This document shows, in pieces, positions 61,694 to 64,000 of a stretch of DNA of 64,000 nt. Where the stretch lies: NCBI GenBank assembly GCA_013285985.1, contig JABDGR010000001.1, positions 67 to 64,066 of the forward strand, read 5' to 3'. Origin of the DNA: Verrucomicrobiota bacterium. Lineage in GTDB: Bacteria; Verrucomicrobiota; Verrucomicrobiia; Opitutales; JABDGR01. How positions within the stretch are numbered: the first letter of the stretch is position 1; each line of letters begins with the position of its first letter. A program made the translations under genes and the position numbers. The notes beneath the pieces are model-generated. The model saw only the letters and a program-made list of their open reading frames with translations. It searched no databases and was not told the origin of the DNA.

Positions 61694-62959
61694 ATGACGA
61701 CCGACTGCGAATTGCTGCGTCGCTATGCCGAGCAGGGCGACGAAGCCGCCTTTGCCGAGGTGGTGCGCCGCCAGACGAACCTGGTCTATTCCGTGGCGTT
61801 GCGCGTGAGCCGGAGCACGCAGATTGCCGAGGATGTCACCCAGGGTGTTTTTACGAAACTGGCGCAGCAGGCGCGGCTGATTTGCCGCTACGACAGCCCC
61901 GCCGGCTGGCTGCACACCACGGCGCGGCACCGCGCCATTGATGCGATTCGCGGCGAGGAACGCCGCCGCGCGCGCGAACAGGAGGCCGTCACCATGCAAA
62001 ATGACCCCATGACCCCGACGGCCAATTGGGCGGAAATCGCCCCGCTGCTCGATGAGGCGGTTGAGCGACTCGGCGAACGGGACCGCCAGGCAGTCTTGTT
62101 GCGTTATTTTAACGGGCTGAGCCATCAAGAAGTCGGCGCGACGCTGGGCCTCAGCGAAAACTCGGCGAACAAGCGCATCGAACGCGCGCTGGAAAAACTG
62201 CGCGGGTATTTTGCTTCGCGCGGGGTGAAAGCTTCCTCCGCTTTGCTCGCGGCGAGCATTACCGCGAATTCCGTGCAGGCCGCGCCGGTGGGACTGGCGG
62301 AAAAAATTGCTCCGGCGTCGCTGGCCGGAGCGGGTGGCACCCTGGCCGGAGGAGCATCGCTGGCCGCGCTTTTTGCATTTTCTATGAACACCAAAACTAA
62401 AGCCGTCCTCGCCGTCGCTATCTTCATTCTGCTGGCCCTGTCGCTGGCGATTAAACTGCAAAGTTCAAATGAGCAGCCGCCAGCCACGGTTGCGACCGCC
62501 CTCCCGCCGACCAAAACCATGGCGCTACCCATCGCCAAAGTCCCGGCCCAGGTGGTCGCGCCAACGGCCAAGCCCGCACCGGTGAGGAGCCCAACGGTTG
62601 AGCCTCCGCCAACCGCGGCAGCGGCCATAGCTGATCCGCGGGTTGAAGTTGGCACGGCGATGAATGACTTTGTGCGCCTGATGGAGATGGGCGACTATGC
62701 CAACGCCGCCGACAATTACATGCAATTGCCCCCAAACGTGTCTGGCCAACAATTGATGGAAATGATGCAACAAAACCCCGATTTTCCAAACACCGTGAAA
62801 ATGCTGATTGAGGCCACCAAAGCCGCCCAGACGGAGACGCCGGAATATAACGAGACCGGCGACCTGGCCACTTACAAGCTCACGCAACCCACGGATAACA
62901 AAACCATGGTGCGTTGGAAAAAAGTCAATGGCATGTGGCGGGTGGACGCTTTCGAGTGA
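61694..62959 (+). CDS. ECF-type sigma-70 factor fused via TM helix to extracytoplasmic NGxWY domain (G5)
   Basis: Same architecture; the region 4 and linker text is almost identical to G3. TM MNTKTKAVLAVAIFILLALSLAI, linker, ETPEYNETGDLATYKL and WKKVNGMWRVDAFE (Y replaced by R). Confidence 0.85.
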   Translation: MTTDCELLRRYAEQGDEAAFAEVVRRQTNLVYSVALRVSRSTQIAEDVTQGVFTKLAQQARLICRYDSPAGWLHTTARHRAIDAIRGEERRRAREQEAVTMQNDPMTPTANWAEIAPLLDEAVERLGERDRQAVLLRYFNGLSHQEVGATLGLSENSANKRIERALEKLRGYFASRGVKASSALLAASITANSVQAAPVGLAEKIAPASLAGAGGTLAGGASLAALFAFSMNTKTKAVLAVAIFILLALSLAIKLQSSNEQPPATVATALPPTKTMALPIAKVPAQVVAPTAKPAPVRSPTVEPPPTAAAAIADPRVEVGTAMNDFVRLMEMGDYANAADNYMQLPPNVSGQQLMEMMQQNPDFPNTVKMLIEATKAAQTETPEYNETGDLATYKLTQPTDNKTMVRWKKVNGMWRVDAFE

Positions 62960-62994
62960 TAATGGAACGTCAAACAACTCTTATCCGTTCTGCA

Positions 62995-63015
62995 ATATAG
63001 GGTTGGAGCCTATAT
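62995..63015 (+). terminator. Weak hairpin after the last array gene (ATATAGG-gttggag-CCTATAT) followed by an A/T-rich tract
   Basis: A 7-bp mostly A/T stem, with downstream GCTTAAGGAATTAAATTTGTTTGTTT. Thermodynamically weak. Confidence 0.25.
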
Positions 63016-63116
63016 GCTTAAGGAATTAAATTTGTTTGTTTAGCAACGACTTATAAAATTTTCCTCGACGGGCGCGCTTATTTATGGTTTGTTGGGTAAC
63101 GAACCAAAGATAAGCC

Positions 63117-63770
63117 GTGACCAAGAAACCCAAAATAAAAGGCACCAAGGCCGAAGTGCCGGGGAACCTGCACCCGCACTTCGACAAGATGCTGCCGCGT
63201 GCCGAGAAAGAGGCGCGGCTGGGGCAGCGCGGGGTGGTCTGTTGGTTGTTTGGCTTATCCGGTTCGGGCAAAAGCACACTGGCGTTGGGCTTGGAGCGCA
63301 AGTTGTTCGAAGAAGGCCGGATAGTACAGGTACTGGATGGCGACAACATCCGCACGGGGCTGAACCGCGACCTGGGGTTTGGCGAAGTGGCCCGGCGCGA
63401 GAACATCCGGCGCGTGGCGGAAACGGCGAAGCTCTTCGCACAGGCGGGGGTCATCGTGGTGGCGTCGTTCATCACGCCGCGGGAAGGCCTGCGGCAACTG
63501 GCGCGCGAAATCATCGGTGAGAAGGATTTTTACAATGTTTACGTGAAGGCCTCATTCACCACCTGCGCAGCGCGCGACCCGAAGGGGCTTTATAAAAAGG
63601 CCGCAACCGGGGAGGTCACGCAATTCACGGGCCACGACCAGGAATTTGAGGACCCGCTGGCGCTGCCGGCGAACCTGGTGATCGACACGGAGAAGCTGAA
63701 TTATGAGGCAAGCCTGGAAAAACTGCACGCGGCGCTGCGGTCCCACTACAAACTGAAAAACAAGCACTAG
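63117..63770 (+). CDS. cysC: Adenylyl-sulfate (APS) kinase
   Basis: [19 protein letters not shown]-loop, [16 protein letters not shown] and [11 protein letters not shown] start at 63117. Confidence 0.92.
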   Translation: MTKKPKIKGTKAEVPGNLHPHFDKMLPRAEKEARLGQRGVVCWLFGLSGSGKSTLALGLERKLFEEGRIVQVLDGDNIRTGLNRDLGFGEVARRENIRRVAETAKLFAQAGVIVVASFITPREGLRQLAREIIGEKDFYNVYVKASFTTCAARDPKGLYKKAATGEVTQFTGHDQEFEDPLALPANLVIDTEKLNYEASLEKLHAALRSHYKLKNKH

Positions 63771-63780
63771 AGTCTTTGCC

Positions 63781-64000
63781 ATGCCTTCCTACCTGGTCAA
63801 CCACCTCGCGCAGCTCGAGGCCGAAGCCGTATTTGTCCTCCGCGAGACCGCCGCCCAATTCCAGCGCCCGGTGCTGCTTTTTTCCGGCGGCAAAGACTCG
63901 ATCGTGATGGCGTGGCTGGCGCGCAAGGCGTTCTGGCCCGCGCGGCTGCCCTTCCCGCTCGTGCATATTGACACGGGGCATAATTTTCCGGAGACGATTA
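63781..64000 (+). CDS. cysD: Sulfate adenylyltransferase subunit 2, 5' part (runs off the right edge; not in ORF track)
   Basis: Hand translation from the ATG at 63781 gives [73 protein letters not shown]. It contains the PP-loop SGGKDS and the [10 protein letters not shown] box typical of CysD. Confidence 0.9.
   Translation, partial: MPSYLVNHLAQLEAEAVFVLRETAAQFQRPVLLFSGGKDSIVMAWLARKAFWPARLPFPLVHIDTGHNFPETI

Overview
64-kb, high-GC (roughly 60 % by eye) chromosomal window. The gene content looks like a Verrucomicrobiota/PVC-type bacterium: giant PATR-repeat surface proteins, a TIGR03790-like protein, membrane-spanning ECF sigma fusions, and GC-rich hairpin repeats filling intergenic DNA. The taxonomic call is inference only. 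Layout: (1) 1-27401 holds two huge minus-strand secreted repeat proteins separated by a PA0069-type radical SAM gene. The first, at least 6,600 codons, runs off the left edge and is therefore missing from the ORF track. (2) 27.8-36.4 kb holds minus-strand housekeeping genes (eno, S46 peptidase, rnr, DUF5069) interleaved with two small membrane-anchored 'NGxWY-domain' genes. (3) 36.46-38.61 kb is a low-GC islet with a divergent class-II Fic / ClpP-like serine protease pair. (4) 38.6-54.0 kb holds an MFS transporter, a TIGR03790-like protein, a small HhH protein, a ~2.9-kb insertion (helical-repeat protein + pectate lyase) bracketed by a duplicated gene end, agmatine deiminase, a third NGxWY gene, an aminotransferase, pyrG, ftsK and folC. 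(5) 54.1-63.0 kb is the most unusual feature: an eight-gene plus-strand array of three stand-alone NGxWY-domain proteins followed by five paralogous ECF sigma factors, each fused through a TM helix to the same domain. (6) cysC and the start of cysD close the window. No rRNA, tRNA, CRISPR array, transposase or integrase was recognised. The ORF track translates GTG/TTG starts as M, contains many antisense shadow ORFs (Arg/Ala/Gly-rich) over real genes, and over-extends several real genes into upstream repeats, so I give my preferred starts. All family names come from motif recognition by eye; no searches were run.
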